Origin: an uncultured Mycoplasmatota bacterium
GTDB lineage: Bacteria; Bacillota_I; Bacilli_A; RF39; UBA660
Length of the DNA stretch: 60,542 nt
Direction: 5' to 3'
Assembly (NCBI GenBank): GCA_949288035.1
Contig: CASEIJ010000048.1
Span: 1 to 60,542 of the forward strand
How positions within the stretch are numbered: position 1 is the first letter of the stretch; every line of letters begins with the position of its first letter. Of the stretch, positions 38,744-48,974 are shown in pieces. Below the pieces are notes generated by a model. That model was given only the letters and a program-made list of their open reading frames with translations, did no database searches and had not been told where the DNA came from. Made by a program: the position numbers and the translations under genes.

Positions 38744-39589
38744 ATGAATATCGATACAACGATAACTTTTGCTCATGATAATGAATTTCAATTAGCACTT
38801 ACAATTGCTGTTCCTGCTGGAAATCCTCGAGGAATTATTTTATTTGTTCCAGGTATTTATGAGACAAGTGATATGTATCAATCAGTCTATGAATCATTTT
38901 TAAAGGAACAATTTATCTGTGCGAGTTATGATCATCGTGGTACCGGAAAAAGTATTCATTTTGAAACTGAAATTGGATATTTAGGGAAAGATGGTGCAAA
39001 TGGATTGGTACAAGATATTTATGTTGTGATTCAAACTATCTCTAAGATGTATTCTGGTCTGGCTATATTTTTAGTGACACATGATTATGCAAGTCTGATG
39101 GCGATTAATTTTCTAAAAGAATATGATGATCGTATTCGTGCACTGGCACTTATCAATCCAATCTCTCTATATTCTGGATTAAAGCGTCAGAGATTGTTCT
39201 ATGAGTATACATCCATTGTAACTCCTACTTATTTTAGAAATCAATTTATGAATCAGATGTTTTATAAAAGAGTAGAAAAGAAAAAAAATCCAACTTTATC
39301 CTTTTTATATACAACAAAAAGCTTATATCATCTATGTGAAGTAGGATATATGATCCAACATCAAGGTACTTATTATTTAAGAAATATGAATTTACCTATT
39401 TTTATGGGGGTAGGTAAGAAAGATCCAGTTTATGAATATGGAAATGCCACTAAAAACTTCCTTACTAGAATTGGTTATACGAATATTGATTATCGTATTT
39501 ATCAAGAAGGAACCCATAATTTATTTCAAGATGATGAAACAAGTAAATTGTTACATGATTTATTATTATTTTTTACGTTAAGTTTATAG
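38744..39589 (+). CDS. Alpha/beta hydrolase (lysophospholipase-like) with atypical nucleophile elbow
   Basis: YDHRGTGKS, THDYA in place of GHSMG, GKKDPV, EGTHNL. Confidence 0.75.
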   Translation: MNIDTTITFAHDNEFQLALTIAVPAGNPRGIILFVPGIYETSDMYQSVYESFLKEQFICASYDHRGTGKSIHFETEIGYLGKDGANGLVQDIYVVIQTISKMYSGLAIFLVTHDYASLMAINFLKEYDDRIRALALINPISLYSGLKRQRLFYEYTSIVTPTYFRNQFMNQMFYKRVEKKKNPTLSFLYTTKSLYHLCEVGYMIQHQGTYYLRNMNLPIFMGVGKKDPVYEYGNATKNFLTRIGYTNIDYRIYQEGTHNLFQDDETSKLLHDLLLFFTLSL

Positions 39590-39675
39590 ACTGATATAGT
39601 ATCAGTCTTTTTACTATTTGCTTTCTTTTTTAAATTATTATATAATAGGGAACAAATTTAAGGGGGAGTTCTATT

Positions 39676-41871
39676 ATGACATCAAAATTTGATCAAAAAA
39701 CAGAAATAGAATTACAATTTTTTCCTGAAATGCTTACTTTTTATGAGAAATGTTTTGAATTGTATCGTAACGCTAAAAGTGAAGCGCTATTTCGCAGTCA
39801 ATTACAAACCATTTGTCCAGAACCATATGTCGATCAAATCCTAAAACAAATTCAATCATTCATTAAAATTGTTACTACTAAAAAACAAGAGGAAGCCTAT
39901 TTTTTACAACTGCAGCAAAAGATTCGTAAAGTGTTTGAGGAGAGAAAAGATCAGTTATCTAAAACAGAACAACAAATTGTTTCTATTTTAATTCGTGCTA
40001 CGAATGAAGATGCCTTTTATAATCAATTAAAAGATCGATATCAATTAAATACAATTCATATGTATCTATTAAGAATTCAATATAAATTATTTGGAGAAAA
40101 AACTGTTTATTCTAGTGATTTATCAAAAGAACCGGATACTGCTTGGACTTATAAAGATTATCAGGCTTTTCAAACTGTATATGAAACATACAAACCATAT
40201 TTTACTGCCAATGAACAATGTATGATGTCTTATTTTTTATCATCTTTCACAGATCAAGAGATTGAACAAAAATTGAGTGATAAATTGTCAAAAAATGCAA
40301 TTACGCTATGTAAGACCAACTTAAAAAAGAAATTATTAAATCCACTTGATTATGTCAATAAAGCCAACCAATTGATGAATTCATTAAAATCATTGCAGTC
40401 TGTTTATGAGCAATATCAAATATATTTTAATGAAAGTGAATGTCTTGTCATGGATACTGTTTTATCATCCGATAGTCAATTAGAAATAGAAAAGAAATTA
40501 CAAGAGAAATTTGCACTTCATTCCATTCGTGTTTATGAGATGGAGATAAAAAGGAAATTACTAAATCCGGAACAATTACTAGATCAAGTGAATAAACAAT
40601 TAATAAAATATCACCAATGGGAAAATATTTATGAAAGTAAACGCAGTCATTTTACTGAAAATGAGCGTATGGTTATGGATGCTTTACTATCTTCCAAAAC
40701 AAATACGGAATTTTATTTAAAGTTAAAAGATAAATTACCTAAGAAAATGATTTCTATTTATAAACAAAGATTAAATAAGAAGTTATCTGCATTTCGAACA
40801 AATGAAAAAAATACAAGTTCTATTTATTATTTATACCAACCATATATTCCAGAAGAGTATCAAGCAGCCTATGAATACATTTGTACATTAGATGAGACAG
40901 AAAGGCCAAAAGAAATAGAACTATATGACAAATATAATACGGTAACACGTTATTTATTACGCTGTGAACAAGCAGTCAAACAGGGGAATTCTCTTCCTAA
41001 GTTTGTTGTGCGTAAACAATCTACCAAACCAGATGCGAGAGAAGTGAAAATTAATGCTTTATTTCCAGGAGAAGTAAGTAATATGCTAGATCGTTCTAAA
41101 GAACTTTCTAAAGATGAAAGAGATTTACTTTGTTTATTTTATGGAATTGGAACGAAAAAACATTCTTTAGAACAGTTGCAACAAATATATTCCATTTCTA
41201 ATCGTAATACAGTAAAAAATCAAATTTATCACTTAATTGATAAATTACAACACGGAAAAAAAGAAGCACATCCTGAACAAAATGCGATGGCTAGAAAACT
41301 GAGAGAAAAATTCGTTTTAGGGAGTTTACAATTATCAAAAGGAGAAATCAAGTTATTAGATGCCTATTATGGATTAACTGGAGAAAAAAAGTCAATTGAG
41401 GAATTATCTACTCTTTATCACAGTTCTAAAGATGCATTATTAAAAAAGATTCATTATGCATCTGAAACTGTTTTAAAAGCCAATACCTATACAAGTCCAG
41501 CAATTGTAAAGGCACTGCAAAATATTTCTATCGAACCATCTCAAAATAAACAATTTCAAGATCGAGAAATTAGAGCATTACGTTTACCAGTAAAACAGAG
41601 TATTTATTTAAAAATGTGTCCACTATCACAATCACAAATCAAACTATTAGATTTATTTTACGGATTGTCAAATGACCGTGCCATTATGAGTACAGAAGAA
41701 ATCGCTATGAAATATCAAATTCCAGTAGATGCATTACGTTATTATCTTTATGAAACAGTGAGATATGTATTAAATTACATGACAGAAATAGAGTTTCAAG
41801 AACAAATGAGGGAAAAAGGCCAGATCAGTGAAGAAACACTCGAAAAGAAATTGAAACTGACTAGAAAATAA
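39676..41871 (+). CDS. Hypothetical protein with tandem helical repeats resembling sigma70 region 4 HTH
   Basis: Four FT.NE..VM..LLSS repeats plus three LS..E..LL..FYG repeats. Confidence 0.6.
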   Translation: MTSKFDQKTEIELQFFPEMLTFYEKCFELYRNAKSEALFRSQLQTICPEPYVDQILKQIQSFIKIVTTKKQEEAYFLQLQQKIRKVFEERKDQLSKTEQQIVSILIRATNEDAFYNQLKDRYQLNTIHMYLLRIQYKLFGEKTVYSSDLSKEPDTAWTYKDYQAFQTVYETYKPYFTANEQCMMSYFLSSFTDQEIEQKLSDKLSKNAITLCKTNLKKKLLNPLDYVNKANQLMNSLKSLQSVYEQYQIYFNESECLVMDTVLSSDSQLEIEKKLQEKFALHSIRVYEMEIKRKLLNPEQLLDQVNKQLIKYHQWENIYESKRSHFTENERMVMDALLSSKTNTEFYLKLKDKLPKKMISIYKQRLNKKLSAFRTNEKNTSSIYYLYQPYIPEEYQAAYEYICTLDETERPKEIELYDKYNTVTRYLLRCEQAVKQGNSLPKFVVRKQSTKPDAREVKINALFPGEVSNMLDRSKELSKDERDLLCLFYGIGTKKHSLEQLQQIYSISNRNTVKNQIYHLIDKLQHGKKEAHPEQNAMARKLREKFVLGSLQLSKGEIKLLDAYYGLTGEKKSIEELSTLYHSSKDALLKKIHYASETVLKANTYTSPAIVKALQNISIEPSQNKQFQDREIRALRLPVKQSIYLKMCPLSQSQIKLLDLFYGLSNDRAIMSTEEIAMKYQIPVDALRYYLYETVRYVLNYMTEIEFQEQMREKGQISEETLEKKLKLTRK

Positions 41872-41958
41872 CAAAAGAAATCAATTTGATTTCTTTTCTT
41901 TTCATATTTGTTGATAGATAGAAAGAAAATATAGTATAATGTTATAGATGAGGGAGCG

Positions 41959-43656
41959 TTGAATATGAAATTAAGTAATCAATTTTTTTATACATTGAGA
42001 GAAGATGCGAAAGATGAAGAAACAAGAAGTGGTAATTATTTAGTGCGTAGTGGTATGATTAAAAAAGTAGGGACAGGTATTTATCTTTTTATGCCTCTTG
42101 GTTTACGAGTAATGAAAAAGATAGAAAATATTATTCGTGATGAAATGAATCAAGCAGGAGCATCAGAATTATTGATGCCATCTTTAATTCCCGAAGATTA
42201 TTATATTCAAAGTGGAAGAAAAGAAGTATTTGGACATGATATGTTTTCTTTGAAAGATCGCTATGATCGCGGTTATGTGTTAGGACCTACACATGAGGAA
42301 TTATTCGTATATGCTGCCAAAGAAATGATTCATTCTTATAAAGATATGCCATTTAATATTTATCAAATTGCTAATAAATATCGTGATGAACCACGTCCAC
42401 GTTTTGGATTAATACGTACACGTGAATTTACGATGAAGGATGCCTATAGTTTTGATATTGATGATGATGCATGTGATGTTTCTTATCAAAAAATGTTTCG
42501 TGCTTATCAAAATATTTTTGATCGAGTTGGTTTAAATTATAAGATTGTAAAAGCTGGTACAGGAGCAATGGGAGGAAATTTATCTGAAGAATTTCAAGCT
42601 GTTGTTGAAATTGGAGAAGATACTTTAGTACTTTGTCCAAATTGTGATTATGCATCAAATCTAGAAGTAAGTGCTTGTATTGTTGATGAAACAGAAAGTT
42701 ATGAAGAAGAAAAAGAAATGGAACTGGTTCATACTCCGAATGCTGGTACCATTGAAGAGATTGCTGACTTTTTAAAGGAAGATAAAAGCCATTTTGTAAA
42801 AACATTGATTTATAAAATTGATGGGAAATTCTATGCATGTTTAATTCCTGGTGACCGTGATTTAAATGAAGAAAAGTTAAAAGGATTACTACATGCGAAA
42901 GAAGCTGAATTAGCAACCCCTGAAGAAGTTGAAACAATTACGAAAGCAAAGGTTGGTTTTGCTGGCCCTGTTGGTATTTCTATTCCAATTGTGATGGATC
43001 ATCATGTACAAATGATGAAAAATTTTATTGTTGGAGCAAATAGAAGTGATTATCACTATAAAAATGTGAATTTAAAGGACTTTAAAGTGAAAAAAATGGG
43101 AGATATTATCAATGTTCAAGAAGGAGATTTATGTCCTAAATGTGGTGCGAAATTAACGTTTAAAAAAGGAATTGAATGTGGTAATACATTTAAATTAGGG
43201 ACAAAATATTCTACTAGTCTCGGTTTAAATTATTTGGATCAACACAATCAACTAAAACCAGTTGTTATGGGATGTTATGGAATTGGCTTAGCACGTATTA
43301 TGACATCTATTGCTGAACAAAGAGCAGATGATATGGGAATTGCATGGCCGGTTCCAATTGCACCATTCGAAATCGCTCTAGTAGTGATTCAACCAAAAGA
43401 TGAAGTTCAAAAGAAAATTGCTGATCAATTATATCAAACAATTGAAAGCATGGGCTTTGAAGTGATCTATGATGATCGTAATGAAAGACCAGGTGTAAAA
43501 TTTAAAGATATGGAATTAATTGGTATTCCAGTTCAAGTAACAGTTGGTAAAAAAGCTGGCGAAGGAATGATTGAAATAAAAAAACGTGGCGGCGAAAAAG
43601 AAGAAATTACGATTGATTTATTAAATGAAAAAGTAATTGAATATTTAAATCAGTAA
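41959..43656 (+). CDS. proS: Proline--tRNA ligase (bacterial type with editing domain)
   Basis: LGPTHEELF, YRDEPRPRFGLIRTREFTMKDAYSF, GIECGNTFKLG, MGCYGIG, PGVKFKDMELIG. Confidence 0.98.
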   Translation: MNMKLSNQFFYTLREDAKDEETRSGNYLVRSGMIKKVGTGIYLFMPLGLRVMKKIENIIRDEMNQAGASELLMPSLIPEDYYIQSGRKEVFGHDMFSLKDRYDRGYVLGPTHEELFVYAAKEMIHSYKDMPFNIYQIANKYRDEPRPRFGLIRTREFTMKDAYSFDIDDDACDVSYQKMFRAYQNIFDRVGLNYKIVKAGTGAMGGNLSEEFQAVVEIGEDTLVLCPNCDYASNLEVSACIVDETESYEEEKEMELVHTPNAGTIEEIADFLKEDKSHFVKTLIYKIDGKFYACLIPGDRDLNEEKLKGLLHAKEAELATPEEVETITKAKVGFAGPVGISIPIVMDHHVQMMKNFIVGANRSDYHYKNVNLKDFKVKKMGDIINVQEGDLCPKCGAKLTFKKGIECGNTFKLGTKYSTSLGLNYLDQHNQLKPVVMGCYGIGLARIMTSIAEQRADDMGIAWPVPIAPFEIALVVIQPKDEVQKKIADQLYQTIESMGFEVIYDDRNERPGVKFKDMELIGIPVQVTVGKKAGEGMIEIKKRGGEKEEITIDLLNEKVIEYLNQ

Positions 43657-43738
43657 GAATCAATGAATATTGATTCTTTTTTTCTAAAATATGACAAAAA
43701 AGGGAATCGATCTATGACATAATGAAGATGGTGATATT

Positions 43739-44194
43739 ATGAAAAAAGCATATTTAATACCCGTTTTATTATCCATTGTAATTGGATTTGTGATTGGAAA
43801 AACAATGTGTGATGAGTATCATACAACGAGTGAAACAAAAAGTGTTTTTCAAACGACGAACTCTTTAAAAGTATATTATCTTCAGTATGGAGTGTATTCG
43901 AATGAAGAAAACATGAAAAAGAGTGTATTAAGTCTGCCATATTATATTTATCGGATCGAAGAAAATCAGTATCACGTTTATATTGGAATTACGAGTAAAG
44001 AAGAAAATGTTGCAAAGTTGCAGGAATATTTTCAATCTTTCGGGTATGTTACTTATAAGAAGGAAGGTTATATTAAAAATCAAAACTATATGGAACAGTT
44101 AAATACTTTAGATGAAATGTTAACGAAAGTAACAGATCAGAAGACCATCAACGATATTAATCAAAAAATATTAGAAAACTATAAGGAGGAGTGA
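43739..44194 (+). CDS. Membrane-anchored SPOR-domain protein (position of spoIIB in Bacillus)
   Basis: N-terminal TM; YYLQYGVYSNEENM SPOR-like motif. Confidence 0.6.
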   Translation: MKKAYLIPVLLSIVIGFVIGKTMCDEYHTTSETKSVFQTTNSLKVYYLQYGVYSNEENMKKSVLSLPYYIYRIEENQYHVYIGITSKEENVAKLQEYFQSFGYVTYKKEGYIKNQNYMEQLNTLDEMLTKVTDQKTINDINQKILENYKEE

Positions 44195-44883
44195 GATTGA
44201 ATTTAAAGATAAAAGAAATACCACAAGATGAAAGACCCAGAGAACGTTTACTTTGTTATGGAGTAGAACAGTTATCGAATGAAGAATTATTAGCTATTTT
44301 ATTAAAAACAGGAACAAGAGATATGAGTGCCAAAGTACTAGGTGCTTATATTTTAAAAGAATTGGGAAGTATTTCAGCATTACAGCATACTTCTTATCAA
44401 ACTTTAGCACAGATGAAAGGAATTGGTCGTGCGAAAGCTTGTACTGTTTTAGCAGCGATAGAATTAGGGAAAAGAGTATTACAAAAAAAGTCTATTTTAT
44501 TTCAAAAATTTACCGATGCATATCAAGTTGCTTCTTATTATCAAGATAAAATTGGAATGTTAAAACAAGAGTATTTTGTTTGTATTTACTTAGATGTTAG
44601 TAAGAAATTAATTCATGAGAAAATCTTATTTATCGGTACTTTAAATCGCAGTTTAGTACATCCTCGGGAAGTATTTAAAGAAGCATATCAAGTAAGTGCT
44701 TGTTCTATCATTTGTATCCATAATCATCCGAGTGGAGATGTATTACCAAGTAAAGAAGATATTTTATTTACATCGCAACTAGTAAAAGTAGGAAAAATGC
44801 TTGGAATAGAAGTGATTGATCATATTATTGTAGGAGAGGATAAATACTATAGTTTTTTTGAAAATAATCGAATAGCACTTTAA
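44191..44883 (+). CDS. radC: RadC family JAB-domain protein
   Basis: RPRERL, LSNEELLAILL.TG, VHPREVF, HNHPSGDVLPSKED, IDHII. Confidence 0.95.
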   Translation: MRLNLKIKEIPQDERPRERLLCYGVEQLSNEELLAILLKTGTRDMSAKVLGAYILKELGSISALQHTSYQTLAQMKGIGRAKACTVLAAIELGKRVLQKKSILFQKFTDAYQVASYYQDKIGMLKQEYFVCIYLDVSKKLIHEKILFIGTLNRSLVHPREVFKEAYQVSACSIICIHNHPSGDVLPSKEDILFTSQLVKVGKMLGIEVIDHIIVGEDKYYSFFENNRIAL

Positions 44884-44923
44884 AAAGTATTTGTTTTATA
44901 TTATAATGAATAAAGGTGATTTT

Positions 44924-45769
44924 ATGTACGAAAAAAAGACGATCAATAAAAAATATATCATTTTGATTGCAGTGTTCGTGGTAGCTTTAGTACTAGGAAT
45001 CACAAATGCGATTATTATGAATAAAGAAGATTTGAGTCCGATTGAAAAGGCGATGAAAGATGCGACTTTAGCAGTCACTAAGATTCTTTATAAACCAGTT
45101 GAATTTGTAAAAGATAAGATGAAAGAACATAGTGAAAAACAGGACTTGTATGAGAAATATAAAGAATTAGAAAAGAAAGTAAAAGAAACAGATTTAATTC
45201 AAAGTGAAAAAGAAGAATTAGAAAGAGAAGTAGAAAATTTAAAAAAGACGTTGGGATTAAATCAGACATTATCTGAGAGTAGTTATTTAAATGCCACGGT
45301 TGTAAATCGTAATTTGGGTTATTGGTATAATACGATTACGATTGATAAAGGCAGTTATAACGGGGTAGAAAAAGATATGCCTGTGATTGTCAGTGAAGGA
45401 TTAATTGGTAAGGTAACCAAAGTAACGAATTTTAATAGTACGGTAAAATTAATTACCAGTGATGATGTCAATAATAAAACATCCGTTAAAATTAAAGTAG
45501 GAGATAAATTTGTATATGGGTTATTATCTGGTTATGACAAACAAAAAAGAACCTTTATTGTCGAAGGAATTAGTGATAATACAGAAATACCAAAAGATTC
45601 TGTTGTTACAACAACAGGGATGGGAGATGCATTTCCAAGTGGGATTGTTGTCGGCAAAGTAAAAAGAGTGACAACGGATAATTTTGATTTAGCAAAAACA
45701 GTGGAAGTGACAAGTAATGTTGACTATGATGATTTAAGCTTTGTTACTATTTTAAAAAGGAAGGCATAG
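44924..45769 (+). CDS. mreC: Rod shape-determining protein MreC
   Basis: TM + coiled coil, ITIDKGS..GV...MPV...GLIGKV, VVTTGMG..FPSGI.VG. Confidence 0.95.
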   Translation: MYEKKTINKKYIILIAVFVVALVLGITNAIIMNKEDLSPIEKAMKDATLAVTKILYKPVEFVKDKMKEHSEKQDLYEKYKELEKKVKETDLIQSEKEELEREVENLKKTLGLNQTLSESSYLNATVVNRNLGYWYNTITIDKGSYNGVEKDMPVIVSEGLIGKVTKVTNFNSTVKLITSDDVNNKTSVKIKVGDKFVYGLLSGYDKQKRTFIVEGISDNTEIPKDSVVTTTGMGDAFPSGIVVGKVKRVTTDNFDLAKTVEVTSNVDYDDLSFVTILKRKA

Positions 45770-45771
45770 CG

Positions 45772-46272
45772 ATGCAATTAGCGATTATCGTAACAATTAT
45801 TTCTTTCTTTTTAGAAAGTTTAGTCAGTAATTTTGTTTCTATTCATAGTAATTTATTTCTTCCACTTTTTAGTATTGTTGCACTTGTTATTATTTATCCT
45901 TACTTTAAAAAAGAACGTTCTAATTATTATAAAGTAGCTGCTATATTGGGATTATTTTATGACATTGTATTTACAGATACCTTGATTTTAAATTTATTTC
46001 TCTTTTTAATGACAGCGTATTTTATTACCAAGATGAATTATATGCTTTCTAATAATTATTTTAATGTCGCACTTATGACTGTACTAGCAATTGCCTTTTA
46101 TCGTTCTATTTCTTTTTTCGTACTAGTAATTATTGGTTATTTGCCATTCTCTTGGTTTGCACTTGGAAGAGGGATTATGACAAGTTTAGTTTTGAATGTG
46201 ATATATGCAGTGATATTGTATGGGATTACAGATTTTATTTCCCACAAATATCACATTACAAAAATCGATTAG
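45772..46272 (+). CDS. mreD: Rod shape-determining protein MreD
   Basis: Hydrophobic, GLFYDIVFT motif, follows mreC. Confidence 0.9.
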   Translation: MQLAIIVTIISFFLESLVSNFVSIHSNLFLPLFSIVALVIIYPYFKKERSNYYKVAAILGLFYDIVFTDTLILNLFLFLMTAYFITKMNYMLSNNYFNVALMTVLAIAFYRSISFFVLVIIGYLPFSWFALGRGIMTSLVLNVIYAVILYGITDFISHKYHITKID

Positions 46273-46318
46273 ATGGAATGTTTCCATCTTTTTTTCATAT
46301 ATCTAATTAGGTGATAGG

Positions 46319-46966
46319 ATGGATATTGAACGTCTAAAAAAAGAAATGAAAAAGAAACATCAATATAGTAATGATCAAGAGAAAAAGATGAAAACGACAA
46401 TTTTTAAAAAGAAACATCAAAAGCAATTGATGTCATTTCTAATTCGTTTTTTAGTCTGCATTATAATTACATTATTATGTCTCATTTTATTAAAGAAAAA
46501 TCCTAGTTGGAAGAGCTCGTTTTATAAATATGTGTTTGAACAAAACTTTCGTTTTGCTTCGATCAATCAAATTTACCAAAAATATTTTGGCAGTCCCATT
46601 CCTTTTTTTGAACAGTTTATAGAAGAACCGACCAAGGCAGTCTTTCATGAAGAATTGACGTATAAAGAAGAAAAGAAGTACCAAGACGGCGTAAAATTAA
46701 CTGTCGATCATGATCTACTCATTCCTTCTTTAGAAAGTGGTATCGTGGTATTTATTGGTGAAAAAGAGGGGTATGGAAATACTTTAATTATTCAACAAGC
46801 AAATGGCGTTGATTGTTGGTATGGAAATATTAAAAACTTAAGTGTAAAATTATATGATTATGTAGAACAGGGAAGTGCGTTAGGAGAAGCAAATGGAAAG
46901 AACTTATTTCTAGTATTTAAAAAAGATGGTTCAGTACTAGATTATAAACAGTATATCAATGGTTAA
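46319..46966 (+). CDS. spoIVFA: SpoIVFA-like M23-fold membrane protein
   Basis: TM, GIVVFIG...GNTLIIQ..NG...WYG, V.QGSALG; upstream of spoIVFB. Confidence 0.8.
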   Translation: MDIERLKKEMKKKHQYSNDQEKKMKTTIFKKKHQKQLMSFLIRFLVCIIITLLCLILLKKNPSWKSSFYKYVFEQNFRFASINQIYQKYFGSPIPFFEQFIEEPTKAVFHEELTYKEEKKYQDGVKLTVDHDLLIPSLESGIVVFIGEKEGYGNTLIIQQANGVDCWYGNIKNLSVKLYDYVEQGSALGEANGKNLFLVFKKDGSVLDYKQYING

Positions 46967-47690
46967 AAAAATATATATTCATCCGCTTTTTCTTCTTTGT
47001 ACAGGAATTATTCTAATGACTGGTTTCATAAAACCATATCTTTTATTATTTTATCTTTTTTGTATTCATGAATTAGGACATATTTTCACTGCTTTATATT
47101 ATCATTGGAATATTAAAAAAATAATGATTTTACCATTTGGAGGACTTACTGTTTTTGAAGAAGCATTCAACCGACCGATGAAAGAAGAGTTAATGATTAC
47201 TATCATGGGGCCAATATTTCAAATCCTTGCTTATTTTTTATTAAAACCAGTTATCAATCAACCGTATTTTTTAACACTCCATCTCGCATTTCTCCTCTTT
47301 AATTTACTTCCTATTTATCCATTAGATGGTTCAAAATTCATATTGTTATTTTTAGAACGATATCTTTCTTTTTACCATAGTTATCAAACCATATTATGGA
47401 TCTCTTTTCTACTTTCTATATTACTATTTTTTATGTTTCCACCAAATTTTATTTTTTTCTGTATGCTTTTTTTCTTATTAAAAAGAATATGGGATGAATA
47501 TCACAAACTTCCATTTACATTTTATAGATTTTTATTAGAACGGTATTTAAAACATATCCATTTCTCTAAATATTTAAAAGTAAAGAAGTTAAATTTAAAG
47601 AAAATGAGACGTGAGAGAAGTCATATCTTTTTGGTTCAAAATAATTGGATGAGTGAAACGACAATTTTAAAAAAATGGTTTGACAAATAA
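46959..47690 (+). CDS. spoIVFB: SpoIVFB-like M50 intramembrane metalloprotease
   Basis: IHELGH, LPFGG, FNLLPIYPLDG; canonical position before rplU. Confidence 0.85.
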   Translation: MVKKIYIHPLFLLCTGIILMTGFIKPYLLLFYLFCIHELGHIFTALYYHWNIKKIMILPFGGLTVFEEAFNRPMKEELMITIMGPIFQILAYFLLKPVINQPYFLTLHLAFLLFNLLPIYPLDGSKFILLFLERYLSFYHSYQTILWISFLLSILLFFMFPPNFIFFCMLFFLLKRIWDEYHKLPFTFYRFLLERYLKHIHFSKYLKVKKLNLKKMRRERSHIFLVQNNWMSETTILKKWFDK

Positions 47691-47714
47691 GGATTTATCT
47701 GTTAAAATTTTATA

Positions 47715-47797
47715 TTGTGTAGTACCCCTTTGGTTGCTACAACCGCACGAACAAGGTTTTAAAACAATTGTTACCTTTTAGGCGAGTCTTAGAATTG
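47715..47797 (+). ncRNA. L21 leader-like ribosomal-protein leader
   Basis: gtgtag...ctacaaccgcac...ggcgagtc pattern behind TTGACA(47680)-17-TAAAAT(47703). Confidence 0.6.
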
Positions 47798-47811
47798 TAA
47801 GGAGGGAAATT

Positions 47812-48114
47812 ATGAAAGCTGTTATCGAAACTGGTGGAAAACAATACTATGTAGAAGAAGGTACAGAACTTTACGTTGAAAAATTAGATGCAGAAGTTGG
47901 AAGTAAAGTGGACTTTGACAAAGTATTGATGGTAGATGGAGCATTTGGAAATCCATATCTATCAAACGCAAAAGTAACAGGTGAAGTTGTAAAACACGGT
48001 AAGGATAAGAAAATTGTAGTATTTAAATATGTTCCAAAAAATAAATACCGTAAGAAACAAGGACACCGTCAACCATATACAAAGGTTGTTATTAAGTCTA
48101 TTAAAGTAAAGTAA
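47812..48114 (+). CDS. rplU: 50S ribosomal protein L21
   Basis: [20 protein letters not shown]. Confidence 0.98.
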   Translation: MKAVIETGGKQYYVEEGTELYVEKLDAEVGSKVDFDKVLMVDGAFGNPYLSNAKVTGEVVKHGKDKKIVVFKYVPKNKYRKKQGHRQPYTKVVIKSIKVK

Positions 48115-48115
48115 T

Positions 48116-48433
48116 ATGATTCAAGTAATAATAAAAAAAGAAAAGAATGACATTCAAAAGATTTCACTGAATGGTCATTCAGAATATGAAGTAAGTGGGA
48201 AAGATATCGTTTGTGCAAGTGCTAGTAGTATTTTGATTACAAGTGTAAATGCAATATTAAGATATCAGCAAGATGCGATTTTAGTAAAGCAAGAAAATAC
48301 AGATACGATTCATGTGACTGTAACTGTATTAAAGCATGACACAATCATTGATTTATTATTAGAAAACTTGGTTGCATTATTAACAGAACTTGCTTCAGAT
48401 TATCCGAAAAATATAAAAATAAATAGAAAATAG
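48116..48433 (+). CDS. prp: Ribosomal-processing cysteine protease Prp (YsxB)
   Basis: [14 protein letters not shown]; located between rplU and rpmA. Confidence 0.92.
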   Translation: MIQVIIKKEKNDIQKISLNGHSEYEVSGKDIVCASASSILITSVNAILRYQQDAILVKQENTDTIHVTVTVLKHDTIIDLLLENLVALLTELASDYPKNIKINRK

Positions 48434-48444
48434 GAGGTGTCCTC

Positions 48445-48735
48445 ATGCTAGATTTATTAAGATTAAATATTCAATTATTCGCTCATAAAAAAGGGCAAAG
48501 TTCTACAAAGAACGGACGTGATTCTGCAGGTAGAAGACTTGGTGCAAAAGCGAGTGATGGAGAATTTGTAACATCTGGTTCTATTTTATACCGTCAACGT
48601 GGTACAAAAGTATATCCAGGTAACAATGTTAAAATTGGAAAAGATGATACTTTATATACTACAATTGATGGATATGTAAAATTTGAACGTCGTGGTAGAG
48701 ATAAAAAACAAGCAAGTGTTTATCCTACTAGATAA
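48445..48735 (+). CDS. rpmA: 50S ribosomal protein L27 with Prp-cleaved N-terminal extension
   Basis: [12 protein letters not shown]|[15 protein letters not shown]. Confidence 0.98.
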   Translation: MLDLLRLNIQLFAHKKGQSSTKNGRDSAGRRLGAKASDGEFVTSGSILYRQRGTKVYPGNNVKIGKDDTLYTTIDGYVKFERRGRDKKQASVYPTR

Positions 48736-48812
48736 AGAGTATTGAAATATAAGACAAAAAAAAGAAGTATGTTGTAATACTTCTTTTTGTGCATCAAAAA
48801 AGTAGAAAATAA

Positions 48813-48841
48813 TTGATATTTTCTAAAAAAAGTGCTATACT
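48813..48841 (+). promoter_or_regulatory. Strong extended -10 sigmaA promoter
   Basis: TTGATA(48813-18)-17-TGnTATACT(48836-41). Confidence 0.7.
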
Positions 48842-48884
48842 TTAGGTGTGAAGAGAGAATAAGAAGGGGAGGAGGTGAAAGTCT

Positions 48885-48914
48885 ATGTGGAGATGGCTAA
48901 CTAGATTTTTCTAA
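48885..48914 (+). CDS. Putative 9-aa micropeptide MWRWLTRFF
   Basis: GGAGGAGGTG RBS 7 nt upstream; tandem TAA TAG stops. Confidence 0.45.
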   Translation: MWRWLTRFF

Positions 48915-48974
48915 TAGGGACATTAACCAAACGTATATACACTGGAATGATATAGAATAGTTAATGTTGACTAG

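Noticed and set aside
44191-44883. RadC JAB domain as a deubiquitinase partner for the ubiquitin-domain protein
   Set aside because: It is ordinary cytoplasmic RadC in its canonical mreC-adjacent position, about 26 kb away; the ubiquitin domain is exported and lacks the GG motif.
48116-48735. Prp protease and L27 extension as an unusual processing system
   Set aside because: Well-established Firmicutes feature.
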